Source: Timaviella obliquedivisa GSE-PSE-MK23-08B
Lineage (GTDB): Bacteria; Cyanobacteriota; Cyanobacteriia; Elainellales; Elainellaceae
Direction of reading: 5' to 3'
Assembly (NCBI GenBank): GCA_019358855.1
Contig: JAHHII010000002.1
Span: 124,690-188,689, forward strand
DNA: 64,000 nt
A program made the translations under genes and the position numbers. This document shows positions 51,715 through 60,883 of the stretch, piece by piece (position 1 is the stretch's first letter; the number at the start of each line of letters is the position of its first letter). The notes under the pieces were generated by a model that saw nothing but the letters and a program-made list of their open reading frames with translations, ran no database searches and was not told where the DNA came from.

Positions 51715-52209
51715 CTAACTCGCTGTGAATTTTAAGGCGACACCGTTCATGCAATAGCGATCGCCTGTAGGTTCAGGGCCATCGTTAAAGACGTGTCCTA
51801 AATGCCCGCCACACCGATGGCAATGAACTTCAGTGCGAGTGGTAAAAAATGATTGATCGACCGATGTTTCGATCGCGCCTTTAATGGGTGCATAAAAGCT
51901 GGGCCAGCCTGTGCCGCTATCGAATTTTGTCTCGGAGGTGAATACGGGCAAAGCACAGGCGGCACAGCTATAGGTGCCTTTGTTGAATTCGTGATCGAGG
52001 GGACTGGTGCCCGATCGCTCGGTGCCTTTTTGGCGCAGTACGTGAAACTGCTCTGGTGTTAAAGTCTTTCGCCATTCGACTTCGGTTTTGGTGACTTCAA
52101 AGGTTTCTAAGGGGGCGGCGATCGCGTCTCGTTTCCAGGGCAAGTAGCGAAATAATGCAGCGATGCCAATTAAGGCGGCACCAGATTGGAGAAAGTAGCG
52201 TTTTTTCAT
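51715..52209 (-). CDS. msrB: peptide-methionine (R)-S-oxide reductase with an export signal
   Basis: CAACALPVF, GWPSFY and HCHRCGGHLGHVFNDGP (SelR motifs) are present. The N-terminus MKKRYFLQSGAALIGIAALF looks like a signal peptide. Confidence 0.9.
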   Translation of the reverse strand: MKKRYFLQSGAALIGIAALFRYLPWKRDAIAAPLETFEVTKTEVEWRKTLTPEQFHVLRQKGTERSGTSPLDHEFNKGTYSCAACALPVFTSETKFDSGTGWPSFYAPIKGAIETSVDQSFFTTRTEVHCHRCGGHLGHVFNDGPEPTGDRYCMNGVALKFTAS

Positions 52210-52282
52210 GGGTAGAGAGTTGGGTGAGGCCCTTAAGGGATCTGCGTGAAAACATAACACCAGTGAGATGCATTAACTTTTA

Positions 52283-52357
52283 GCCCCCTAAATTTCCCAT
52301 TCTGGGGGACTTTGAAAAGTTCGGAAGTCTTGCCCCAGAATGGGGGATTTAGGGGGC
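52283..52357. repeat. palindromic repeat unit (cargo-less hairpin copy of the arms flanking the DUF559 gene)
   Basis: GCCCCCTAAATTTCCCATTCTGGGG (52283-52307) faces CCCCAGAATGGGGGATTTAGGGGGC (52333-52357) with 2 mismatches. The 25-nt spacer is itself partly palindromic (GACTT...AAGTC). Confidence 0.85.
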
Positions 52358-52771
52358 GGTTTGGGACATTATTTAATTGTAACTCCTTAAACAGTATGAG
52401 CGATCGCCCTGAATGTTGCCTGATAGAAAGCTGAGAATTGGCTTCTGCTAATGCTTGTGTAATAATCTTTGTTCCATTTGTTACAGGGGTCGTCCCATTT
52501 ATAAAAATGCTTGTAACCGATGTAGCATTCTTACAACAGAATCTTATCGATAGGATGGCATTAATCAGGTTTGTCAAAGCCTTTGTAACCAATGGGCAAG
52601 GGTTTCTTATGAGCGAGTAGACCTTTTTAGATGGTGGAGCGACCTATTCAATATAAGTACGGAGAAAAGCGGGAAATCTCTGTAAAAAAGATACAATCTC
52701 CTCGGAATTACGGTACTCGGAGCAGGGCTTGCTTGACTACAGTGGGTAGACTGTCATGTAGGAGAGGGCTG

Positions 52772-53200
52772 ATGCCACGCCGGAAAAGAAATTCTCAGGT
52801 TATTGAAAAAGCACAACGCCGATTAGAGTCTTTGCGATCGGTTGATCCATTCTTAAATTTTGGCAACAATCTATCGGTGTCAACTTACACGGAATACATT
52901 GAACAAGGACAACAAGCGATCGCCAAATACAATACGCTGTTGTCGATGGTGGATGAGGCGCAGCAGGATTTAGAAGCGTTGGAGCAACAGATCGCAGACG
53001 TTTCTACGCGGTTGTTGCAAAGCGTGGGCGCACGCTATGGCAAACAAAGTGTGGAATACATGAAGGCAGGGGGAAGACCGCAGTCTTCTAAGCGCAAAAC
53101 GGCGATCGCTTCGTCTACACCCTTGCCTGTCCCGCTATCAACTTCATTGGCTTCAGAAGCCAATGGTTTGGGGCAGAATGGAGTAACTGCTAGAGCTTAA
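52772..53200 (+). CDS. hypothetical protein
   Basis: The ATG at 52772 is preceded by GGAGAG. The 142-aa product has a basic N-terminus (MPRRKRNSQ), a coiled-coil middle and a Ser/Pro-rich tail. Confidence 0.45.
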   Translation: MPRRKRNSQVIEKAQRRLESLRSVDPFLNFGNNLSVSTYTEYIEQGQQAIAKYNTLLSMVDEAQQDLEALEQQIADVSTRLLQSVGARYGKQSVEYMKAGGRPQSSKRKTAIASSTPLPVPLSTSLASEANGLGQNGVTARA

Positions 53201-53309
53201 TTCGGCGTTGCTGAATTAAGGGACGAAAAGAAAAGTTTGCTCTCACCCTAGCCCTCTCCTTGGGGGCTACCATATACACATAAATCTCTGGATATGCTTC
53301 AGTCTTTTT

Positions 53310-53810
53310 CGCCCCCTAAATCCCCCATTCTGGGGGACTTTGAGCAGGAAGATTACAAATGAGTGTGGGCAAACTCTAGTCGTTATCTTCGCTCCATTAA
53401 CTGCATGGATTCTCACCGTATTCGGGGCACTACTCCTAATATAATTGCTGCGGCTCGACAACTTCGACAGCATCTTACTCCGGCTGAAAAGATGCTGTGG
53501 GAAGCCTTAAGAAAACGCCAGATCAAAGGCTTAAAGTTTCGCTGTCAGCATCCAGTTGAGTCTTTTATTGTCGATTTTTATTGTCCACAGCACCGACTTG
53601 TGATTGAAGTGGATGGTGGTATTCATGATCAGCAAGTCGAGTATGATGCTACTCGAACTGAAAGACTCCATCACCTGGGTTATCGAGTAATGCGATTTCG
53701 CAACCGAGAAGTCATCTCAAACTTAAGTCAAGTGCTTCAGCAGATTGCTGAGGCGATCGAGTTTTAGTTCTGCTGCTCAAAGTCCCCCAGAATGGGGGAT
53801 TTAGGGGGCG
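53310..53810. mobile_element. candidate palindrome-bounded cassette: DUF559 endonuclease gene between perfect 38-bp inverted repeats
   Basis: 53310-53347 (CGCCCCCTAAATCCCCCATTCTGGGGGACTTTGAGCAG) is the exact reverse complement of 53773-53810. Mobility is inferred, not shown. Confidence 0.45.
53405..53767 (+). CDS. DUF559 (Vsr/restriction-endonuclease-like fold) domain protein
   Basis: ARQLRQHLTPAEKMLWEALRKRQIKGLKFRCQHPVESFIVDFYCPQHRLVIEVDGGIHD...RTERLHHLGYRVMRFRNREV matches the DUF559 pattern. An alternative GTG start is at 53363. Confidence 0.8.
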   Translation: MDSHRIRGTTPNIIAAARQLRQHLTPAEKMLWEALRKRQIKGLKFRCQHPVESFIVDFYCPQHRLVIEVDGGIHDQQVEYDATRTERLHHLGYRVMRFRNREVISNLSQVLQQIAEAIEF

Positions 53811-54145
53811 GTTCGCTAGGGACTTTGCTAGATTTGATCACTCGTGGGTGCACAATAGCCTAAAGGAGAGGGACAAGAGATCTGGTGCCCTTCTCCCTGG
53901 AGAAAAGGGCGGGGGATAAGGGCAAATTCATCTCTTCTATTCAGCAACGCCCTTAATTCTTTCTTGCTTCGACTTCATTAATCACATAAAAACCAGGTTT
54001 TAGCCTACAAAGACCAGATTTCAGCTTAGGAATCTGGTCTTTATTTGTATTGATCAGAGTATTTACCGAGAAGTGATTTGTATGGGCTGGGCACTTTATA
54101 TGACAAGTCATTTCCTTCCCATCCTCCTAATTAGGTTATTCACTT

Positions 54146-57100
54146 ATGTCTGCGATCGCCCCTGTTAAGTCTCTTGTTTTTATCGATGCCGCTGTCGTTG
54201 ATTACCAAAGTTTGATTGATGGTTTAGTGCCTGGAACTGAGGCGATCGTGCTTGACCCTGCTCAGGATGGGGTTGAGCAAATGACAGCAACGCTGGCGAA
54301 TCGGAGCGACATTCAAAGCGTGCATATTGTCTCGCACGGCAGTTCGGGAAGTCTACAACTGGGGGCGGCAACGCTGAATGGGGAGTCGATCGATCGCTAT
54401 CAAGCACAGCTACAAGGGTGGCGATCGGCGTTGACCGAGGATGCAGATATCTTGCTGTATGGTTGCAACGTCGCTGCTGGAGATACTGGAGCAGCATTTA
54501 TTCAGCAGGTACGACAATTAACAAGGGCTGAAATTGCAGCTTCTGCTCAACCGACAGGCAACCCTGCACTAGGTGGTGACTGGGAATTAGAAATTACAAC
54601 AAAGTCCATGCTGATGCCCCAGGCTTTTTTGCCTGAGGTGCTAGAAGCTTATCCATTTGTGCTGGCACCTCCTGAACTAAGTGGAAATGATAGGGCTGCT
54701 ATTCTAGGTGCTCCTGGTGATCCAGCATGGCTCACTGATGTTGTTAACAAGGTTCAAGCCACAGGACTCTTTAGCTTGGTAGATTCATTCAAGGTGGGAG
54801 GAACGGGGGCTGTCACCCCAACGTTGGCACAGTTGCAAAACTATGGCAGTATTTTGGTCTTCAGTGATACTGGTTTTCAAAACGCAACCCTACTAGGAGA
54901 TACGCTAGCAAACTATGTAGACTCAGGCAGGGGGGTTGTGGTTAGCACCTTTGCTTTAGGGGGTGGTGCTACCTTGGGCGGACGATGGAATACCGGAGGC
55001 TATAGCCCGGTTGTAATTGGCGGTTCATCAACTGGGACAGCCACTCTAGGTACCATATTTAATCCCGCTCACCCCATTGTGCAAGGTGTCTCCAGTTTTA
55101 GCGGGGGTACAAGTAGTTATCGCGCCACTGGGACAGCAAATCCGAGTGCGACAGTGGTTGCGAATTGGAGTGACAACAGACTACTTGCAGTCGATTTGCA
55201 AACCTTTAATGGTGGAATTGTGGGGTTAAATTTTTACCCGCCTTCATCAACTGTAAGAGGAGATTTTTGGAATGCTGCAACCCAAGGTGCCTTGCTCATG
55301 GGGAATGCTCTTGAGTATATAGGAGGTTCAGCGGTAAGGAGCACTGCAACAGAAGATGCGGTTAGTTACAACATTAATTTGCTTGCCAATGCAACAGACC
55401 CTGACGGAGATCCCTTAAATGTCAGTAACCTGATCCTTGCAAGTGGCAATGCTACGGGTGTAACTGTCATTGGCAACGATTTAAGCGTTAGCCCTAGCGC
55501 CTACAACTTCCTGAGCAGTGGTCAAAGCGAAATTATTAACTATAGCTACAACATCATTGATGGCAATGGTGGCAGTATTGCTCAAACTGCCAAAATTACC
55601 ATAACTGGTCTTAACGATGCTCCTGTTTTAACAGGTAGTGCAACGCTGACAGCCATTGATGAAGACGTTTTAGATGTAGCAAATACGGGCACAAAAGTTT
55701 CGGCTTTAATTAACGGACTGATTACCGACGTAGATGGTGATCCGAAAGCGATCGCCATTACAGGCGTAGACAACACCAAGGGCGTTTGGCAATATTCTAC
55801 CGATGGCGGCGCTATTTGGACAAACTTTAGCGCAACCCCCTCTGATGGTACGGCAACTGTCCTGGGTGCTACCTCCTTCTACCAAGCAAGTTTGGGCACT
55901 GCTCCGACTGCTCAAGGGCAATTATCATTCACCAATCTCAACCCTGTTACGCCTGCCCAACTGGGAACGCAAACCTTTGACAGCAGCGGTACCATCCTGA
56001 ACACCGATGTTGATAGCAATATCTATGCTGGCTACAGTAACTTCTCCGGTGCGACTCCGGTTAATCCGCCCTTGCCCAAGCTCGATAACGTAGAGGGTTA
56101 CAGCGTCTCCTTTAACCTACAACTGTTGACGGAATCTCACACCAACTCCAACCGGGCTGGGTTCAGCATCATTGTAGTCAGCAACGACAAAACTAAGGCG
56201 ATCGAACTGGGCTTCCAAGATGGCAACATCTTTGCCCAAAAAGATGCTGGGTTTACAGCGGATGAGAGCGTGACATTCAACACCAAGCAATCCATCGATT
56301 ATCGCTTAGAGGTGTTGGGCAATAGCTACACCCTGTTTGCTAACAACGCTCCCATTCTGACCGGAGCTTTACGCGATTACTCTGCCTTTAGTGGCGCGAT
56401 CGATCCCTACGAAACCCCAAACTTCATCTTTTTAGGCGATGATTCCACCTCTGCCCAGGGCAGCTTTAACCTCAGCCAAGTGGTTGTGCAAACAGATAAC
56501 CGAGTGCGCTTTGTACCAAACGCCAATGAGAACGGAAACTCTACGATTAACTTTAGAGCTTGGGATACAACAGATGGTGCGAGTGCAGGGGCGATCGTTG
56601 ACGCTTCTGTGAACGGAGGCATTAACGCCTATAGTGCTGTCGCTGAAACCGCAACGATCGCCGTCACTGCGGTCAACGATGCTCCCACCATCAGCGGTAC
56701 TCCAGCCGTCACGATCGCTGAAGACAGCCTCTACAGCTTCATTCCTAGTGCGATCGATGTTGATTTAGGCGATTCGCTCACTTTCTCCATCACCAACCAA
56801 CCGACTTGGGCAAGCTTCAATTCTGCCACTGGGGAACTAAGCGGCACACCTATCAATGGCGATGTGGGCACAACCACTGGCATCATCATCAGTGTGAGCG
56901 ATGGTATTGCCCCACCTGTTGATCTGCCAGCATTTGACTTAGCTGTCACAAACACCAACGATGCTCCGACGATCAGTGGTACTCCTGCTGTCACGATCGC
57001 CGAAGATAGCCCTTATAGCTTTATTCCTACTGCGATCGATGTTGATTTAGGCGATACCCTGACCTTCTCCATCGTCAACAAGCCATCTTGGGCAACTTTT

Positions 57101-59698
57101 AACCCTGCCACTGGAGAACTGAGCGGCACACCTATTAATGGCGATGTCGGCACGACCAACGGCATCATCATTAGCGTCAGTGATGGCATTGCTGCACCCG
57201 TTGATCTGCCAGCATTTAACTTAGCGGTCACGAACACCAACGATGCTCCCACCATCAGCGGTACTCCAGCCGTCACGATCGCCGAAGATAGTTCTTATAG
57301 CTTTATTCCTACTGCGATCGATATTGACTCAGGCGATACCCTGACCTTCTCCATCGTCAACAAGCCATCTTGGGCAACTTTTAATCCTGCCACTGGAGAA
57401 CTGAGCGGCACACCTATTAATGGCGATGTCGGCACGACCAACGGCATCATCATTAGTGTCAGTGATGGCATTGCTGCACCTGTTGACCTCCCGGCATTTA
57501 ACCTGGCTGTAACTAACACCAACGATGCTCCGACGATCAGCGGTACTCCAGCAGTAACGATCGCCGAAGATAGTCCTTACAGCTTTATTCCCACAGCTAC
57601 CGATGTTGATTTAGGCGATACGCTCGCCTTCTCCATCGTCAACAAACCGACCTGGGCAACTTTTAACTCTACCACTGGAGAACTGAGCGGCACACCCGTT
57701 AATGGCAATGTTGGCACGACCACTGGCATCATTATCAGCGTTAGCGATGGCACTACTACAGTCGCTCTATCACCATTCGATCTTGGCGTGACCAACGTCA
57801 ACGATGCGCCAACAGTAACGACTGCGATCGTCGATCAAGCTGCTACCGAAGATACTCTTTTCACTTTTGCAGTTCCTCCCAACTCCTTTACTGACATTGA
57901 TGCAGGTGATACCCTTACCTACACTGCCACTCAATCAGACAATGCTCCACTACCTCTTTGGCTCACCTTTAACGCAACCAACCAAACTTTCAGCGGCACG
58001 CCCGCCAATGGTGATATCGGTAACTTCGACATTAAAGTAACGGCTAAAGATAGCGCAAATGCTACGGTCGAAGATATCTTTAGCCTCACCGTTAATAGCG
58101 TTAATGATGCTCCCACCCTCGACAATCCGATCGCCGATCAACCTGCAACTGAAGATACTCTCTTTACCTTCGCAGTTCCTACCAACACCTTTAGTGATGT
58201 TGATACAGGCGATATTCTCACCTACACCGCCACCCAAGCAGACGACACTCCGCTACCCAGTTGGCTCACCTTCAATGCAACCACCCAAACCTTCAGCGGT
58301 ACACCGCTCAATGCCCAAGTCGGCAGCTTAAACGTCAAAGTAAAAGCCACAGATACAGGGCTTTTAACGGCTGAAGATAGCTTTACGATGACGATCGCCA
58401 ACACCAACGACACGCCAACCGTAACGAACGCGATCGCCGATCAATCTGCAACCGAAGACATACCTTTTACCTTCACTCTTCCTACCAACACCTTTACCGA
58501 TGTCGATGCAGGCGACAGCCTTACCTACACCGCTACCCTTGCCAACAGTTCTCCACTCCCAACCTGGCTTGCTTTTAACCCCATCAGCCGCACCTTCAGC
58601 GGCACTCCCCGCAACGCCAACGTTGGCAACCTCGACCTCAAAGTCAAAGTTACAGACAAAGCAGGTGCAATAGCTGAAGATATCTTTGTGGTCAAAGTTG
58701 CCAATGTCAACCAACCCCCAGGGGTTGGCACCCCCATTACTCCTGTCCCTCAACAGGTCACAGCGACCCAAGCCTTCACCCTCAAAATTCCTACAGGCGC
58801 ATTTACCGACCCCGATGCAGGCGACAGCCTCACCTTCTCCGCCAGCCTAGAGAGCGGTGCGCCCCTTCCCCCGTGGCTGGTATTCGACGCTAAAGCCGCA
58901 TCATTTAGTGGTATTCCTGACTTCCCATCAGTCGGTAATTTGTCTCTGAAAGTCAATGCCACTGATGCTCAAGGGTCAAGAACAAGCCAGCTAGTAAGGT
59001 TTACGATCGCCAATCCCACTGGTATTACAGGCATATCGACTGCGTTAATTGACTTTTCGGGTGGCAAAAAAGGCGTTACTCGCAAAGCCAAGAAAGGGCA
59101 GCTTCTACGCGGCACTCACCGGAGCGACATTTTGAGAGGAACTAAGGGGAACGATCGCATCAACAGCGGCAGACGCAGCGATAGTCACGGCAAAGACAAG
59201 CTCTACGGCTTCAATGGCAACGATCGCCTTAAAGCAGGCGGCGGCAATGACTATGTAGATGGCGGTCAGGGCAATGACTTTCTGAAAGGTGGTAGAGGGC
59301 GTGATCTGCTGCTGGGAGGTGAAGGCAATGACAGAATTTTAGGAGGTGATGGCGACGATATTCTCGTGGGCGGTAGCGGGGCTGATATTCTGGCGGGCGG
59401 TAATGGTCGAGATATATTTGCCTTTGCGAATATCAATGAAGGGAAAGATGCGATCGTCGATTTCAGTCCTACTGAAGATTTAATTGATCTCCGCAGCCTC
59501 TTTGCCCAACCTCAATTTGCCGGAGCAACGCCGTACGTCCGCTACCTCAAATATGTGCAGATGACTCAAGTCGGAACCAGCACCGAAATCAAAATTGATG
59601 CGGATGGCAGCGGCGTAGGCAATACATTCACCACTCTGGCAACCTTAAACAACATTGGGATAGGGGCAATGGGTTCTCGCAACTTTGTCATTAGCTAA
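54146..59698 (+). CDS. giant secreted repeat protein: N-terminal DUF4347, cadherin-like/putative-Ig repeats, C-terminal RTX calcium-binding repeats (likely a type I secretion substrate)
   Basis: The N-terminus reads LVFIDAAVVDYQSLIDGL...VHIVSHGSSGSLQLG...LLYGCNVAAGDTGAAFI...GGDWELE. At least nine NDAP-delimited repeats of about 94-101 aa follow. The C-terminal nonapeptides include GGGNDYVDGGQGNDFLKGGRGRDLLLGGEGNDRILGGDGDDILVGGSGADILAGGNGRD. Confidence 0.9.
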   Translation: MSAIAPVKSLVFIDAAVVDYQSLIDGLVPGTEAIVLDPAQDGVEQMTATLANRSDIQSVHIVSHGSSGSLQLGAATLNGESIDRYQAQLQGWRSALTEDADILLYGCNVAAGDTGAAFIQQVRQLTRAEIAASAQPTGNPALGGDWELEITTKSMLMPQAFLPEVLEAYPFVLAPPELSGNDRAAILGAPGDPAWLTDVVNKVQATGLFSLVDSFKVGGTGAVTPTLAQLQNYGSILVFSDTGFQNATLLGDTLANYVDSGRGVVVSTFALGGGATLGGRWNTGGYSPVVIGGSSTGTATLGTIFNPAHPIVQGVSSFSGGTSSYRATGTANPSATVVANWSDNRLLAVDLQTFNGGIVGLNFYPPSSTVRGDFWNAATQGALLMGNALEYIGGSAVRSTATEDAVSYNINLLANATDPDGDPLNVSNLILASGNATGVTVIGNDLSVSPSAYNFLSSGQSEIINYSYNIIDGNGGSIAQTAKITITGLNDAPVLTGSATLTAIDEDVLDVANTGTKVSALINGLITDVDGDPKAIAITGVDNTKGVWQYSTDGGAIWTNFSATPSDGTATVLGATSFYQASLGTAPTAQGQLSFTNLNPVTPAQLGTQTFDSSGTILNTDVDSNIYAGYSNFSGATPVNPPLPKLDNVEGYSVSFNLQLLTESHTNSNRAGFSIIVVSNDKTKAIELGFQDGNIFAQKDAGFTADESVTFNTKQSIDYRLEVLGNSYTLFANNAPILTGALRDYSAFSGAIDPYETPNFIFLGDDSTSAQGSFNLSQVVVQTDNRVRFVPNANENGNSTINFRAWDTTDGASAGAIVDASVNGGINAYSAVAETATIAVTAVNDAPTISGTPAVTIAEDSLYSFIPSAIDVDLGDSLTFSITNQPTWASFNSATGELSGTPINGDVGTTTGIIISVSDGIAPPVDLPAFDLAVTNTNDAPTISGTPAVTIAEDSPYSFIPTAIDVDLGDTLTFSIVNKPSWATFNPATGELSGTPINGDVGTTNGIIISVSDGIAAPVDLPAFNLAVTNTNDAPTISGTPAVTIAEDSSYSFIPTAIDIDSGDTLTFSIVNKPSWATFNPATGELSGTPINGDVGTTNGIIISVSDGIAAPVDLPAFNLAVTNTNDAPTISGTPAVTIAEDSPYSFIPTATDVDLGDTLAFSIVNKPTWATFNSTTGELSGTPVNGNVGTTTGIIISVSDGTTTVALSPFDLGVTNVNDAPTVTTAIVDQAATEDTLFTFAVPPNSFTDIDAGDTLTYTATQSDNAPLPLWLTFNATNQTFSGTPANGDIGNFDIKVTAKDSANATVEDIFSLTVNSVNDAPTLDNPIADQPATEDTLFTFAVPTNTFSDVDTGDILTYTATQADDTPLPSWLTFNATTQTFSGTPLNAQVGSLNVKVKATDTGLLTAEDSFTMTIANTNDTPTVTNAIADQSATEDIPFTFTLPTNTFTDVDAGDSLTYTATLANSSPLPTWLAFNPISRTFSGTPRNANVGNLDLKVKVTDKAGAIAEDIFVVKVANVNQPPGVGTPITPVPQQVTATQAFTLKIPTGAFTDPDAGDSLTFSASLESGAPLPPWLVFDAKAASFSGIPDFPSVGNLSLKVNATDAQGSRTSQLVRFTIANPTGITGISTALIDFSGGKKGVTRKAKKGQLLRGTHRSDILRGTKGNDRINSGRRSDSHGKDKLYGFNGNDRLKAGGGNDYVDGGQGNDFLKGGRGRDLLLGGEGNDRILGGDGDDILVGGSGADILAGGNGRDIFAFANINEGKDAIVDFSPTEDLIDLRSLFAQPQFAGATPYVRYLKYVQMTQVGTSTEIKIDADGSGVGNTFTTLATLNNIGIGAMGSRNFVIS
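56675..57802 (+). repeat. four tandem 282-bp (94-aa) near-identical repeats inside the giant gene
   Basis: Repeat starts (AAC GAT GCT CC., encoding NDAP) lie at 56675, 56957, 57239 and 57521. Repeats 2 and 3 differ at 3 of 94 residues. Confidence 0.95.
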
Positions 59699-59733
59699 TC
59701 CTTAGTCCATTCAAAACACACGATGTTCAAGCA

Positions 59734-59782
59734 CATTCTGTAGAATGAATCATAGAATTAGTTCAGTTCATTCTACAGAGTG
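59734..59782 (+). terminator. hairpin after the giant gene, 14 nt upstream of the mnmA start (terminator or regulatory)
   Basis: CATTCTGTAGAATGAA (59734-59749) pairs with TTCATTCTACAGAGTG (59767-59782) at 15 of 16 positions, with a 17-nt loop. There is no U-tract. Confidence 0.35.
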
Positions 59783-59795
59783 TCTTCAAAGGTTC

Positions 59796-60842
59796 ATGAA
59801 CAAGGTTGTTGTTGGTCTTTCAGGCGGGGTCGATAGCTCGGTGGCAGCGGCAACGCTCCATCGTCAGGGCTATGAAGTGGTGGGGCTAACCCTTTGGCTG
59901 ATGAAGGGCAAAGGGCAATGCTGCTCTGATGGCATGGTTGATGCTGCTCGCCTCTGCGAAGAACTAGCAATTCCCCATCATGTCGTTGACAGCCGCGAGG
60001 TATTTCAAAAATATATCGTCGATTATTTGGTTAAAGGCTACGGGGCAGGCATTACGCCGCTGCCTTGTTCGCAGTGCAACAAAACCGTCAAATTTACGCC
60101 CATGCTTCACTACGCTCGTCAAGAGCTAGGCATTGAGCAAATCGCCACAGGGCACTATGCGCGAGTGAACTACGACCCAGAAAGCGATCGCCACCAATTG
60201 CTTCGGGCGATCGATCGCACCAAAGACCAATCCTACTTTCTCTACGACCTCAATCAAGACGTGTTAGCGAACGTCGTTTTTCCTTTAGGCGAACAAACCA
60301 AAGTCGAAACGCGCCAAATGGCAACGGAGTTTGGGTTGCACACTGCCGAAAAACCTGAAAGCCAAGACTTATGCCTAATCGAAGCCCACGGCTCCATGCA
60401 AATTTTTTTAGATAAATACCTGGCTCCTAAAACCGGAGACATCATCGACCCGGCTGGAATCGTTCTGGGACAGCATGAGGGCATTCACCATTACACCATT
60501 GGGCAACGCAAAGGCATTGGCATTGCCGCCGCCCATCCGCTGTATGTAATTGGTATTGATGCAGCTAAAAATCAGGTCATTGTAGGCGATCGCCACCACG
60601 CGCAAAACCCCGATTGCACCGTTAAGCAAATTAACTGGGTGTCGATGTCAGAACCAACCGCGCCCATTCATGCCGAAGTCCAAATCCGCTACCGATCGCC
60701 GGCTGTTGGGGCAACGATTGTACCGTTAGAGGGCGATCGGGCAAAAGTTGTGTTTGATGAACCCCAATTCAGCGTTACTCCAGGACAAGCAGCCGTTTGG
60801 TACAACGGCGATATTTTGCTGGGTGGCGGCGTTATTGAATAA
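59796..60842 (+). CDS. mnmA: tRNA 2-thiouridine(34) synthase
   Basis: [18 protein letters not shown] (PP-loop), [13 protein letters not shown] and DQSYFL are present. The start is taken at the ATG at 59796. Confidence 0.93.
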   Translation: MNKVVVGLSGGVDSSVAAATLHRQGYEVVGLTLWLMKGKGQCCSDGMVDAARLCEELAIPHHVVDSREVFQKYIVDYLVKGYGAGITPLPCSQCNKTVKFTPMLHYARQELGIEQIATGHYARVNYDPESDRHQLLRAIDRTKDQSYFLYDLNQDVLANVVFPLGEQTKVETRQMATEFGLHTAEKPESQDLCLIEAHGSMQIFLDKYLAPKTGDIIDPAGIVLGQHEGIHHYTIGQRKGIGIAAAHPLYVIGIDAAKNQVIVGDRHHAQNPDCTVKQINWVSMSEPTAPIHAEVQIRYRSPAVGATIVPLEGDRAKVVFDEPQFSVTPGQAAVWYNGDILLGGGVIE

Positions 60843-60883
60843 GGATGGTCTGATCAGTCTTGTAACAAAGTCACCTCCACAAT

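Noticed and set aside
52233-52592. A 119-aa minus-strand ORF, and the 68-aa ORF at 53267-53473
   Set aside because: Both read straight through the palindromic repeat arms (giving FKVPQNG(K/G)FRG peptides) and otherwise have a low-complexity, non-protein-like sequence. I treat them as artefacts of the repeat family.
56731-57801. A series of 74-87-aa minus-strand ORFs (56731-56994, 57013-57276, 57295-57522, 57577-57801) with near-identical sequences
   Set aside because: They are antisense mirror images of the 282-bp repeats inside the giant plus-strand gene. Their similarity to each other simply reflects the repeat, and the sense frame has clear domain homology.
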